DNA of 51,610 bases, from contig JACDFN010000004.1 of assembly GCA_013815775.1 (NCBI GenBank), positions 1 through 51,610 on the forward strand, written 5' to 3'. Shown in pieces: positions 33,705 to 42,458 of this stretch. Under the pieces are notes generated by a model that saw only the letters and a program-made list of their open reading frames with translations, was not told where the DNA came from and did no database searches. This DNA is from Candidatus Saccharimonadota bacterium (lineage in GTDB: Bacteria > Patescibacteriota > Saccharimonadia > Saccharimonadales > UBA10212). Made by a program: the position numbers and the translations under genes. Numbering within the stretch: the stretch's first letter is position 1; each line of letters starts with the position of its first letter.

Positions 33705-35012
33705 CTAACGCTTAACTGTCAGAATCTTTTGGGCGGTAGCTACTTCGTCCCAAGAGTCTTCGCCGTGGGCGCGGGCAATAGTTTTTTCGTGTCCCTTCCC
33801 CAGTAGGAGCACCGTATCTCCTTTAGATGCCTTGCTTAAGGCAAATTTTATAGCCGCAGCACGGTCATGCACCAAAAACAAATCTTTGTCCCGCGTTTTT
33901 CCTGCTTTTTGGGCGCCTCCGGCAATCTGATCCATTATTTCCGTCCCGTCAATATCTCGATCATCTTCTTCTGTTACTACCACAACGTCGGCATACCTAC
34001 CGGCAATGTTGCCCTGGATTGCTCTTTTGGCCTCATCGCGTCGCCCGGCCGAACCAAACATTACAATCATTTTTCCCTTTATCATGGGTCTTAAATCGGA
34101 AAACAGCTTCTCGAAAGAGTCTGGTGTATGGGCGTAATCCACTATCACATCGAAGTTCTGGCCGGCGTTCACCGTCGCCATACGGCCCTCTACACCGCTT
34201 AATGAGGCTATCCCCTTCTCTATGGCCGTTTGTTCGATTTCAAGCTTCAGACCGACCGCTATGGCAGCCAGACTGTTATGAATGTTAAAGCTGCCTGGTA
34301 AGTGGGTTCTAATATTCAAATTTAACCCATCATGAACAGCTGAGCGAGCCGTAAAACTATTCCCTGCAGCCGACATTTTTATATCTGAAGCTTTCAGTTC
34401 GCCCCTTTTAATACCGTAACTAAAAGAGTTAGGGGTAGCCTGTTGGAATGAGTCGGCCGCCGGGTCATCGGCATTGACAATCCCAAGCCTCATTCCTTTG
34501 CGGTTCCTGCCTGCCATTTTAAACATTTTCAACTTAGCGGCCCGGTAATTTTCAAAACTCCCGTGGTAATCCAGATGCTCGTGGGTAATGTTAGTCATAA
34601 CTGCTATGGAGAACGGCACTCCCCACACTCGATGCTGGGCTAGTGAATGACTGGTGGTTTCTAGTACTAACCATTCCGCTCCTTCGGATCTTAAAGTCTT
34701 TAGCCTCCTCAACAGTTGCGGAACTGAGACCGTGGTCATGTGTTCAACCTGGGGTTTAATATCAACCCCTACCCCGTAAGCCACAGTAGTCATTAGGCCC
34801 ACTTTGTAGCCCGCTTCGTGCATCATGCGGTGAATTAAAAACGAAGTGGTGGTTTTACCGTTGGTCCCGGTAACGCCTATTACTTTTAGTCTTCTCCCTG
34901 GAAAACCACAAATTAAATTTAGTAAAACTGCCTCTCCCAGGTGTCCAAAAGGTTCAATTTTTTTAAATATTCCAGTGGGGATGGCGACCTTTACCAAGCG
35001 ACGAAAACTCAT
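33705..35012 (-). CDS. murE: Mur ligase family protein (MurE-like UDP-MurNAc-tripeptide synthetase, short form)
   Basis: VIGVTGTNGKTTTSFLI P-loop, NITHEHLDYHGSFENYRAAKLKMF, and a C-terminal SAGRRDEAKR...VVVTEEDDRD block (the DNPR-motif region). Confidence 0.75.
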   Translation of the reverse strand: MSFRRLVKVAIPTGIFKKIEPFGHLGEAVLLNLICGFPGRRLKVIGVTGTNGKTTTSFLIHRMMHEAGYKVGLMTTVAYGVGVDIKPQVEHMTTVSVPQLLRRLKTLRSEGAEWLVLETTSHSLAQHRVWGVPFSIAVMTNITHEHLDYHGSFENYRAAKLKMFKMAGRNRKGMRLGIVNADDPAADSFQQATPNSFSYGIKRGELKASDIKMSAAGNSFTARSAVHDGLNLNIRTHLPGSFNIHNSLAAIAVGLKLEIEQTAIEKGIASLSGVEGRMATVNAGQNFDVIVDYAHTPDSFEKLFSDLRPMIKGKMIVMFGSAGRRDEAKRAIQGNIAGRYADVVVVTEEDDRDIDGTEIMDQIAGGAQKAGKTRDKDLFLVHDRAAAIKFALSKASKGDTVLLLGKGHEKTIARAHGEDSWDEVATAQKILTVKR

Positions 35013-35036
35013 GGTATCAAGTATACTTTACATCTA

Positions 35037-36269
35037 GTGAAGATTTTAGGGATAGAGTCATCGTGTGATGAAACAGCCGCCTCAGTGGTTGAAGACGGCC
35101 ATAAATTGCTAAGTAATGTTATTGCAAGCAGTGTGGATATGCATGCTGTCTACGGTGGCGTTGTACCTGAAATTGCTTCCAGAAGCCACCTAGAGGTTAT
35201 TCTACCCACCATAGAAGAAGCCCTAGAAACTGCCCAGACAAGCTGGTCAAGCATTGATGCAATTGCTGTAACTGTAGGGCCTGGTCTCTCAGGTAGCCTT
35301 TTGATTGGCTGCCAAACTGCGGCTAGCCTCGCTGTCGTGAAAAATATACCCCTCTACGCCATCAATCACGTAGAGGCGCACGTGTACGCCAACTTCCTTA
35401 CTCGGACGGATTTAGCCGGCTATTCCCTGCCCTCATCCCCGCCTCGTTTCCCTCTCTTGGCGTTAATTGTCTCCGGTGGGCACACCCAATTGGTACTTTT
35501 CACGGATCATTTTAACTATAAGCTGCTTGGGCAAACAACAGATGATGCAGTTGGCGAAGCTTTTGATAAAGTAGCAAAAATGCTCGGGCTTCCCTACCCC
35601 GGCGGGCCTTCGATTGCCAAAGCCGCCGAAAACGGAAATTCGGATGCTATAAAATTACCCATAGCTCGTAAAGAACGATCTAACCCTTTGCAGGCAGATG
35701 CTAGGCAAGGCGCCGGCGAGCAGCGGACTGAGGCGTATTTGAGATACGGCGAAGGAGCAGCGGAGCCGGCAACGCAGCGTAGCGCTGCAACTACTGACAA
35801 AGCGGCCAGCTACGCTAGGCCGCAGGACAGTAGGCTGCAAGGGTTAGGACCTTATGATTTCAGTTTTTCAGGACTTAAAACGGCCGTCCTACGAGCTGCC
35901 CAACAAATGGTTGGTAAAGACTACACACTGCCCTCCTCTGCTCTGCCGAAACTTCTTACAAAAAAGCAAAAAGTAGATATAGCGGCTAGTTTTCAAAGGG
36001 CAGCAATTGACACCCTAATTATTGCCCTAGAGGCAGCTGCTAAGAGCTACTCCCCCAAGAGCATAGTTATAGCCGGAGGTGTAGCCGCAAATATAGCCCT
36101 AAGAGACGCAGCACATAAAAAGTTGGGTAAAAACGTTTACTACCCTGATATAAAGCTGTGTACGGACAACGCCGCCATGATTGCCTGTTTAGGGTACTAT
36201 AAAGCCTCTAAAAAACTGCCGGCAGCAGACCCCTATTCTATTGATATTGACTCCAATCTATCGATGTAA
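35037..36269 (+). CDS. tsaD: tRNA N6-adenosine threonylcarbamoyltransferase TsaD carrying a roughly 60 aa internal insertion
   Basis: (V)KILGIESSCDETAASVV..., HVEAHVYA, GGHTQL, DFSFSGLKTAV and CTDNAAMIA motifs. GTG 35037 gives the canonical N-terminus, whereas the ORF track starts 32 codons upstream inside murE. Confidence 0.9.
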   Translation: MKILGIESSCDETAASVVEDGHKLLSNVIASSVDMHAVYGGVVPEIASRSHLEVILPTIEEALETAQTSWSSIDAIAVTVGPGLSGSLLIGCQTAASLAVVKNIPLYAINHVEAHVYANFLTRTDLAGYSLPSSPPRFPLLALIVSGGHTQLVLFTDHFNYKLLGQTTDDAVGEAFDKVAKMLGLPYPGGPSIAKAAENGNSDAIKLPIARKERSNPLQADARQGAGEQRTEAYLRYGEGAAEPATQRSAATTDKAASYARPQDSRLQGLGPYDFSFSGLKTAVLRAAQQMVGKDYTLPSSALPKLLTKKQKVDIAASFQRAAIDTLIIALEAAAKSYSPKSIVIAGGVAANIALRDAAHKKLGKNVYYPDIKLCTDNAAMIACLGYYKASKKLPAADPYSIDIDSNLSM

Positions 36270-36357
36270 TCTTGTTCTAAGTTAGCATATTTGTTATGCT
36301 TACTTTGAAAACAAACACGGTGGGAAAAGAAAACCATATACGGCAATTTAATCTGGG

Positions 36358-36373
36358 CTTTTCACGTGAAAAG
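36358..36373. promoter_or_regulatory. Perfect 16 nt palindrome CTTTTCACGTGAAAAG (candidate operator, copy 1)
   Basis: Read directly from the sequence in the tsaD-valS intergenic region. Confidence 0.5.
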
Positions 36374-36392
36374 TTTAGGTTAAATTTGCCAT

Positions 36393-36408
36393 ATTTTCAC
36401 GTGAAAAG
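36393..36408. promoter_or_regulatory. Palindrome ATTTTCACGTGAAAAG (candidate operator, copy 2)
   Basis: The 17 nt TTTTCACGTGAAAAGTT is identical to copy 1. The centres are 35 bp apart. Confidence 0.5.
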
Positions 36409-36443
36409 TTATATGACCACCCTATAGCTACCCCTGTAAAACC

Positions 36444-36452
36444 TGTTATAAT
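36444..36452 (+). promoter_or_regulatory. Extended -10 element TGTTATAAT upstream of valS
   Basis: TG-N-TATAAT lies 35 nt upstream of the valS ATG. I see no good -35. Confidence 0.4.
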
Positions 36453-36486
36453 TAAGTAATGCAAAAAGCATACACGGGGATAGTGA

Positions 36487-39072
36487 ATGAAACTACCTAG
36501 CGCCTACCAACCGGAGAAATATGAAGGCGATATTTACGCCCTATGGGAGAATAGCGGAGTATTTAAGCCGAGCAACAGAGGACATGATGATTATTACAGC
36601 CTAACCCTGCCTCCCCCCAACGCTAATGGAGACCTACACATGGGTCATGCCCTAACGGTGGCTATTGAGGATTCACTGGTTAGATACCACCGCTTACAAG
36701 GCAAGGCAGCCCTATATGTACCGGGGGCAGATCATGCTGGCTTTGAAACTTGGGTAGTTTACGAAAAAAAGCTCGCTCAGGAAGGGAAGAGTCGTTTTGA
36801 TTATTCCCGGGAGGAGCTATATCGACAAGTTTGGGACTTTGTTCAAAAAAACAAACATAACTTTGAAGCTCAATTAAGGGCTCTTGGTGCTAGCGTAGAC
36901 TGGACTCGGTTCACTTTTACTCTCGACAATAAGGTGATAGGAACCTCTTATCAAACATTTAAAAAAATGTGGGAAGATGGGTTAATCTACAGGGGTTCTC
37001 GAATAGTTAATTACTGTACTTTTCACGGAACCAGCTTTTCTGATATAGAGGTAGTCCACGAGGAGGAGAAAACAAACCTTTGGCATATAGCTTATCCGTT
37101 AGCGGACGGTAGCGGGGAAGTGGTTATTGCCACGACTCGACCAGAAACAAAGGTTGGGCAGGCAGCATTAATGGTCAACCCAAAGGATAAACGATACAAG
37201 CATTTGGTCGGTAAGGAAGTTCAACAGCCTCTGGTGCCCGATAAAAATATTAAAATAATAGCTGACGAGTATGTGAACATGGATTTTGGCACTGGAGTTG
37301 TAACTGTTACGCCTGGCCACGACCCTAATGATTACGAAGTAGCACGCCGTAACAATTTGCCAATGCTTGAGCTCATTACCACCGAAGGGAAACTATCCAA
37401 TAACGTTCCCCAAGAATTCAGAGGAATGACGGTCACAGTAGCACGCCAAACAGTAGTAGAAGCACTTAAGAAGAAGGGTCTTTTAAGAAAAGTAGAGGAC
37501 TATACCCACAGTGTCGGTAAGTGCTATAAATGTGGCACGGTTATAGAACCACTTCTTCGGGAGCAATGGTTCGTGAAAATGCAACCTTTGGCCACTAGAG
37601 CCATAGAAGAACTTAAGGCCGGCAAGATTGATTTTTACCCTAAAAATAAAAAAGACCAGATAATACGCTACTTGAGTGAGCTAAAGGACTGGAATATAAG
37701 CCGTCAAATTCCTTGGGGAATCCCCATACCGGCTTTTCAGAACACCGAAGATGCCTCTGACTGGATTTTCGACGCCCGGGTGCACGAAGAATCTATCGAA
37801 GTTGACGGAAAGTCCTATAAGCGAGATCCAGATGTTTTCGATACCTGGTTTTCCAGCGGACAATGGCCTTACGTGACATTGGATTACCCTAGTGGAGATG
37901 ATTTTAAGAGCCATTACCCGTTGTCATTGATGGAGACTGGCTTTGACATACTCTACCAATGGGTAGCTCGGATGATTATGCTTGGCTTATACGTAACAGG
38001 GGAGGTTCCGTTTAAGACCGTGTACCTTCACGGAATGATAGTGGATAAATCTGGCCAGAAACAAAGCAAAAGTAAAGGAAATGTTAGTAGTCCACTAGAG
38101 ATAATTAGTGAATATGGATCCGATGCTCTTAGAATCGGCATCTTAAACGGTCAGTCACCGGGCAACAATCAGCTATTTATGCCCTCCAAAGCCACAGGAG
38201 GCCGTAACTTCGCTAACAAGCTGTGGAATATCGCTCGCTTTGTAGAAGATAAGGTGGGCGATAACCACCATTTAAAATCGACACCAACACCAAGTAGTCG
38301 GGCTGACCACTGGATACTGTCGCGACTAAACCATGCTTCCACCGAGATATCCAAAGCTTTCGAAGCCTACCGTATAAGTGAAGCATACGAGGTGATTTAC
38401 AGTTTTGTATGGCACGACCTGGCAGACTGGTATATAGAAGCAAGTAAGGTTCAAACTAACCCAAGTATGCTGGCTTATTTGCTTGACTCAACCCTGAAGT
38501 TGTCCCACCCCTTCGCCCCGTTTGTAACAGAGACCATTTGGCAAACATTGGCTTGGGAAGGGGATAGCATTCTAGCTGACCAGCTCTGGCCAAGGCCTGT
38601 ACAGTTCAACGCCCTAGCCGTCGCAGAATTTAAATCTGTCATAGGAGTAATTACCGAAGCTCGCCACATTACTAAAGCACTGGGTGTGGGTCGTCCTAAG
38701 CTTTATTTCAATTCAGCGCCACTGATAGAGGAAGAGGGTATTCTAATAACACTTTTGGGGCGGCTGGGCGGTGCCTTGAAGGCCCAGGGAAGCGAACGTA
38801 AAGGCCTCAAACTAACTAATTCCGGATACGATGCATGGCTAGATATTGATAACCTTGCGGCCATGAATTACCTCTCCAGTTTGCGTGAGAAGCAAGTAGT
38901 TAGGCAGGAAACCATCAAACGCCTGCAGGCGCGTGTATCCAACCCAAGCTACGCCTCAAAAGCCCCTAAGGCCTTAGTTGAACAAAGTCATGCTCAAATA
39001 GAAGAAGAAAAACAATTACTAACGTCACTTGATACTGAGATAAAAAAAATAGTGAAAGCGATTGAAATTTAA
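36487..39072 (+). CDS. valS: Valine--tRNA ligase
   Basis: 861 aa with PPPNANGDLHMGH (HIGH), KQSKSKGN (KMSKS) and a C-terminal coiled coil. Confidence 0.97.
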   Translation: MKLPSAYQPEKYEGDIYALWENSGVFKPSNRGHDDYYSLTLPPPNANGDLHMGHALTVAIEDSLVRYHRLQGKAALYVPGADHAGFETWVVYEKKLAQEGKSRFDYSREELYRQVWDFVQKNKHNFEAQLRALGASVDWTRFTFTLDNKVIGTSYQTFKKMWEDGLIYRGSRIVNYCTFHGTSFSDIEVVHEEEKTNLWHIAYPLADGSGEVVIATTRPETKVGQAALMVNPKDKRYKHLVGKEVQQPLVPDKNIKIIADEYVNMDFGTGVVTVTPGHDPNDYEVARRNNLPMLELITTEGKLSNNVPQEFRGMTVTVARQTVVEALKKKGLLRKVEDYTHSVGKCYKCGTVIEPLLREQWFVKMQPLATRAIEELKAGKIDFYPKNKKDQIIRYLSELKDWNISRQIPWGIPIPAFQNTEDASDWIFDARVHEESIEVDGKSYKRDPDVFDTWFSSGQWPYVTLDYPSGDDFKSHYPLSLMETGFDILYQWVARMIMLGLYVTGEVPFKTVYLHGMIVDKSGQKQSKSKGNVSSPLEIISEYGSDALRIGILNGQSPGNNQLFMPSKATGGRNFANKLWNIARFVEDKVGDNHHLKSTPTPSSRADHWILSRLNHASTEISKAFEAYRISEAYEVIYSFVWHDLADWYIEASKVQTNPSMLAYLLDSTLKLSHPFAPFVTETIWQTLAWEGDSILADQLWPRPVQFNALAVAEFKSVIGVITEARHITKALGVGRPKLYFNSAPLIEEEGILITLLGRLGGALKAQGSERKGLKLTNSGYDAWLDIDNLAAMNYLSSLREKQVVRQETIKRLQARVSNPSYASKAPKALVEQSHAQIEEEKQLLTSLDTEIKKIVKAIEI

Positions 39073-39923
39073 AACGCCAAGACTTCTTTAACGTTTTCTA
39101 TGCTTTTTTCAGGGGATAGACTGTCAAAGAGCACTATTTGCCAGCCAGCGTGGTCAGCTGCTGTTAAATTAGGTCTCATGTCGTCCACTAGCAAGATTTC
39201 ACTGGGTTCAAAGCCAGCTCGGGCACGGGCTTCTTCAAAAATTTTGGCCTCAGGTTTAACACTCTTGACTTGATAGGAATCTAGCACTGTTTTGTAATTG
39301 TGAGCGGGAATAATATTCTTTTGAAGTAGTTCATCCGTTAAACCAGGCATGTGGTTACTTAAAAGTCCCACGTCGTAATGCTGGGCTGCCCAGTCCAAAA
39401 GCTCCAAAACTCCAGGTGTAATTTCAGTAAACTGCAAGTAGTATCGTCTCCAATCGAAGTTTTCTAGCCCCACCTCTTTGGCTACAGCTGCATTAAAGTC
39501 AGTTTCGCTTATCTGTCCCCTGCAGACCTCATCATTGTGCCGCCAAAAAATATTCTCAACTTTTTGCAGAGGCATACCACTGTCGTTTGAGATTTCAGTG
39601 AAGGCGTGGTCCATAAAACGCAGTAGTACGCCGTCTATATCAAAATACACAAATCTCACCCCTGTTTTTGAGCGTTTTTTAATTTCGAGCGGGGCAGGGG
39701 ACCCCGATGTTTGGGCCGGCAAGTCAAGTAGGTCTTCCAGGGGTACCCCGGTTGCTCTTGCTATTCCAGCAACGGTAAAAACCGACGGCGACTTTATGGC
39801 GCCGCGTTCAATTTTCGCCAAGGTGGAGTAGCTAAGGCCAGCGCTGTGACATAGCTCCTGCTGGGTTAAACCAGCCCGCTTACGGGCTAGCTGCAACCTT
39901 TTACCTAAGTCTTTCTCATCCAT
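39069..39923 (-). CDS. XRE-family HTH domain fused to a HAD-superfamily hydrolase domain
   Basis: N-terminus: LGKRLQLARKRAGLTQQELCHSAGLSYSTLAKIERG. Then HAD motifs FVYFDIDGVLL, LLSNHMP and LLVDDMRPN. ATG 39923 is chosen as the start. Confidence 0.8.
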   Translation of the reverse strand: MDEKDLGKRLQLARKRAGLTQQELCHSAGLSYSTLAKIERGAIKSPSVFTVAGIARATGVPLEDLLDLPAQTSGSPAPLEIKKRSKTGVRFVYFDIDGVLLRFMDHAFTEISNDSGMPLQKVENIFWRHNDEVCRGQISETDFNAAVAKEVGLENFDWRRYYLQFTEITPGVLELLDWAAQHYDVGLLSNHMPGLTDELLQKNIIPAHNYKTVLDSYQVKSVKPEAKIFEEARARAGFEPSEILLVDDMRPNLTAADHAGWQIVLFDSLSPEKSIENVKEVLAF

Positions 39924-39996
39924 AGCACCACCCAAAGAGCCAACTCATATAGCCATATAGTATCAGTTCAAAGAGGTAATGCCAATAAATATTGTA

Positions 39997-40389
39997 TTAA
40001 AAGGCTAGTTTTTTAGCCATCTCGGCTAATACTTTATGGTCTGGGTCTACTTCCGCAGGCCGTCGCTGATAGAACTGTTCGGCTGAATTAAAGGGAATTA
40101 AGTGAATATGGGCATGAGGCACTTCTTCTCCGATTACTTTAACTCCTACCCTCTTAACACCCAGGACTGTTTTCATTCTTTGAGCCACTTTTTTGCAAGT
40201 AGACATCAGTGCCAAATAATCCTCATCAGGTAGATCCCAGAGCTGGTCTATCTGCTTTTTCGGAATTACTAGGGTATGGCCTGGCTGGGTAGGGTTTACG
40301 TCTAAAAACGCGAGAGTTAATTCACCTTCGTAGACCTTCTCGCAACTAATTTCGCCCTTGATAATACGGGTAAAAATGCTGTCTGCCAT
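39997..40389 (-). CDS. HIT-family (histidine triad) nucleotide hydrolase
   Basis: HAHIHLIP histidine triad and N-terminal FTRIIKGEISCEKVYE. Confidence 0.9.
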   Translation of the reverse strand: MADSIFTRIIKGEISCEKVYEGELTLAFLDVNPTQPGHTLVIPKKQIDQLWDLPDEDYLALMSTCKKVAQRMKTVLGVKRVGVKVIGEEVPHAHIHLIPFNSAEQFYQRRPAEVDPDHKVLAEMAKKLAF

Positions 40390-40392
40390 AAT

Positions 40393-40563
40393 TTAAAAAA
40401 TCAAGTTTAATAGGGAATAAGCAGTAAAGAATATGACTAGACCAGCAACAGCAGCCGCTATAGACGACTGCTTGGTATTATTGCCACTATTTCTCTGCAG
40501 TTTTGTATAAATCCAAGTTGATGCTCCTACGCTAAACATCAGGGCTACAATCCACGCGCTCAT
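40393..40563 (-). CDS. Small two-TM membrane protein (56 aa), below the ORF-track cutoff
   Basis: Hand translation: MSAWIVALMFSVGASTWIYTKLQRNSGNNTKQSSIAAAVAGLVIFFTAYSLLNLIF. The stop lies 4 nt before the HIT gene start. Confidence 0.4.
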   Translation of the reverse strand: MSAWIVALMFSVGASTWIYTKLQRNSGNNTKQSSIAAAVAGLVIFFTAYSLLNLIF

Positions 40564-40588
40564 AGGTTAATAATAGCATGGGGCTCTT

Positions 40589-40681
40589 TGGCGGAGGGAC
40601 AGGGATTCGAACCCTGGATGGCGCGCAAACGCCATACACGATTTCGAGTCGTGCGCCTTCAACCAGCTCAGCCATCCCTCC
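40589..40681 (-). tRNA. tRNA-Ser (anticodon CGA), CCA encoded
   Basis: The reverse complement reads GGAGGGATGGCTGAGCTGGTTGAAGGCGCACGACTCGAAATCGTGTATGGCGTTTGCGCGCCATCCAGGGTTCGAATCCCTGTCCCTCCGCCA. Anticodon loop CTCGAAA and a long variable arm. Confidence 0.92.
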
Positions 40682-40713
40682 GTATACCGTTTTAAAAAAC
40701 TTGGAGTTCTATA

Positions 40714-40741
40714 ATTGTAACGCCTCGCTACTTATCCTCAA
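40714..40741 (-). promoter_or_regulatory. Promoter for tRNA-Ser(CGA): TTGAGG-16 nt-TACAAT
   Basis: On the minus strand, -35 is at 40741-40736 and -10 is at 40719-40714. It shares its layout and spacer core (AGCGA[A/G]G..TACAAT) with the other tRNA-Ser promoter. Confidence 0.5.
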
Positions 40742-40851
40742 ATCTATTGATTTGACAATAATCATGAGCAGCGCGCTAGACCGGGCTATGCGCAACCTCT
40801 CTGTACGCAAATAACCCTAAAGACTAAACCATGCAAGTAACCTTTACTTGG

Positions 40852-41028
40852 CTACTGCTCTAACATTGTCCAGACTTTTTCTATTGCAATAAAAATTAAG
40901 GAGCCTATCAAGCCATGCAAAATCGTCCCCAACCACTCGTCGGTAGGGGCAATAATCCTAGATAATAGGAATCCAAAAACAAAGCCTACTAGGGGTGCAT
41001 TGCGCCGCAGCTTTTCAACGTAATTCAT
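40852..41028 (-). CDS. Small membrane protein (58 aa), below the ORF-track cutoff
   Basis: Hand translation: MNYVEKLRRNAPLVGFVFGFLLSRIIAPTDEWLGTILHGLIGSLIFIAIEKVWTMLEQ. Confidence 0.35.
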   Translation of the reverse strand: MNYVEKLRRNAPLVGFVFGFLLSRIIAPTDEWLGTILHGLIGSLIFIAIEKVWTMLEQ

Positions 41029-41141
41029 ATGCTTTTATTCTACTACCTTTTTATACTGTAGCCGCTGATTTCTTAACAAAAGGACTTATTGACTTTTTAA
41101 GGTGTTTATGTTAATGTTAAAGCAGATCAAGAAAATAAAAA

Positions 41142-42302
41142 ATGACAAGCCAAATCGAAAATCAACCCCATTCAGCGGTAGCAGAACAACCTAAAAGATC
41201 CAGGAGCGTACGTCACGCTGGGGCATTGCTCATGGGCACGCTTGCCATGGTTGGTAATCCCGAAGAAAGCCAAGCCTTAGAAACGGCTACGACAAGGGCT
41301 AATGTATCTTCCGTGGCAGAGTTGAGCAAACCACTAAATACTGAATCACAACAAACACCCAGATTAAGGCGGATAACAGAGTTACCGGCATGGGGTGTTG
41401 AGGTAACTAAATCAGAGGCTGAAAAGCTGCAGGATTCTACTTTAAAGCTAGAGGTGCAACATAAAGAATTGGGCATAAGTGGAGGCTGTACATTCGTTAA
41501 AGTTAAACTACCCAGCGGATCTTCCGGTGGAATAACTGCCGCTCATTGCTTCGAGAATCTAACTGGCTATAAGTACGGCCTAATGAGCGCCGGTCGAAAC
41601 GGCTATCCCGACACTCAAGAAGCTCGTGATATTTTAAGCCCTAACAGTCCTTATGAGTTTTTTGTTTTGGACCCCAAACAAGAAGAAGGGAATCGTCTTG
41701 GCAAGGTCACCGGTATAAGTGTAAAACCAGGGGAAGATATTGCTCTTCTAAAATTTGAGTCTCTACCTAAGCCAGAAGGTGATGAGTCGCGCACCTTAGA
41801 AAAGGTTCCTGCTATTACTTATAAGTCAGCCCTTGAGGAGCCAAAAGCCGGCCAGAAAATTGCTTATTCTTCCGTACCGTCAGCTACCAGTGGCAAGTTA
41901 ATAGGCGGTAGCGGGGTATATATTGGGCGCATGAAGTTTTATAACATCGTAGAAAAAGTTACTCAATTAGTGGATGTAGTCGCACAGAGTCCTAAAAGCG
42001 AAAATCAGGACGCCGGCAGCTTTGGTGCCAGCGGAGGTTCTGCGGCATTAAAAGGCGGTCAGTTTTTTCACTCTCTTTCAGGCAGAGTTAACATAGGGTA
42101 TAGTCTTGATAACAACTCCGCCAGCTCAATTAATTCCGGTGGTCTATACTACTGGAACAAGACCCAAAAACAGTTGGGGGTACGATTGCCAAAAAACAAG
42201 TTTAACGCACTGTCTTTTTACCAAGTGCAGACGAGGCGAACAGTTCCAGATCTAGAGGCTGGATTTGGCAAATACATTACAATGGAACTTCCGCGCAAAT
42301 GA
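41142..42302 (+). CDS. Secreted trypsin-like (S1 family) serine protease
   Basis: Catalytic-triad contexts GITAAHCFE (His), EDIALLKFE (Asp) and DAGSFGASGGSA (Ser). N-terminal basic and hydrophobic segment RSRSVRHAGALLMGTLAMV. Confidence 0.7.
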   Translation: MTSQIENQPHSAVAEQPKRSRSVRHAGALLMGTLAMVGNPEESQALETATTRANVSSVAELSKPLNTESQQTPRLRRITELPAWGVEVTKSEAEKLQDSTLKLEVQHKELGISGGCTFVKVKLPSGSSGGITAAHCFENLTGYKYGLMSAGRNGYPDTQEARDILSPNSPYEFFVLDPKQEEGNRLGKVTGISVKPGEDIALLKFESLPKPEGDESRTLEKVPAITYKSALEEPKAGQKIAYSSVPSATSGKLIGGSGVYIGRMKFYNIVEKVTQLVDVVAQSPKSENQDAGSFGASGGSAALKGGQFFHSLSGRVNIGYSLDNNSASSINSGGLYYWNKTQKQLGVRLPKNKFNALSFYQVQTRRTVPDLEAGFGKYITMELPRK

Positions 42303-42329
42303 ATACTTAGGCATGCTTAAGTATTTTAA
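42302..42329 (+). terminator. Hairpin AATACTTA-GGCATGCT-TAAGTATT followed by a short T-tract after the protease gene
   Basis: 8 bp A/T-rich stem that starts at the stop codon. The T-tail is only TTTT. Confidence 0.4.
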
Positions 42330-42458
42330 TTAAGGGCTAGGGTATTTGAAGGGTTCCTAGAATTCAGATGGAAAATGTTGAATTTTTGCCCCAAAGAGAG
42401 TACCTTTAACAATGGTTTATATTAAAGACTAAAATGTCTGGTCGAGTTAACAGAGATT

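Noticed and set aside
35594-35840. Two minus-strand ORFs (68 and 61 aa) inside tsaD
   Set aside because: They are by-products of the stop-poor, G+C-rich insertion within a confidently called gene.
36270-36486. A T-box leader upstream of valS
   Set aside because: The only GGGTGGT-like match (36418-36427, reverse complement AGGGTGGTCA) is on the wrong strand. I also see no specifier-loop / terminator-antiterminator arrangement.
40578-40814. Listed + strand ORF (78 aa)
   Set aside because: It is antisense to tRNA-Ser(CGA) and its promoter, and has no SD.
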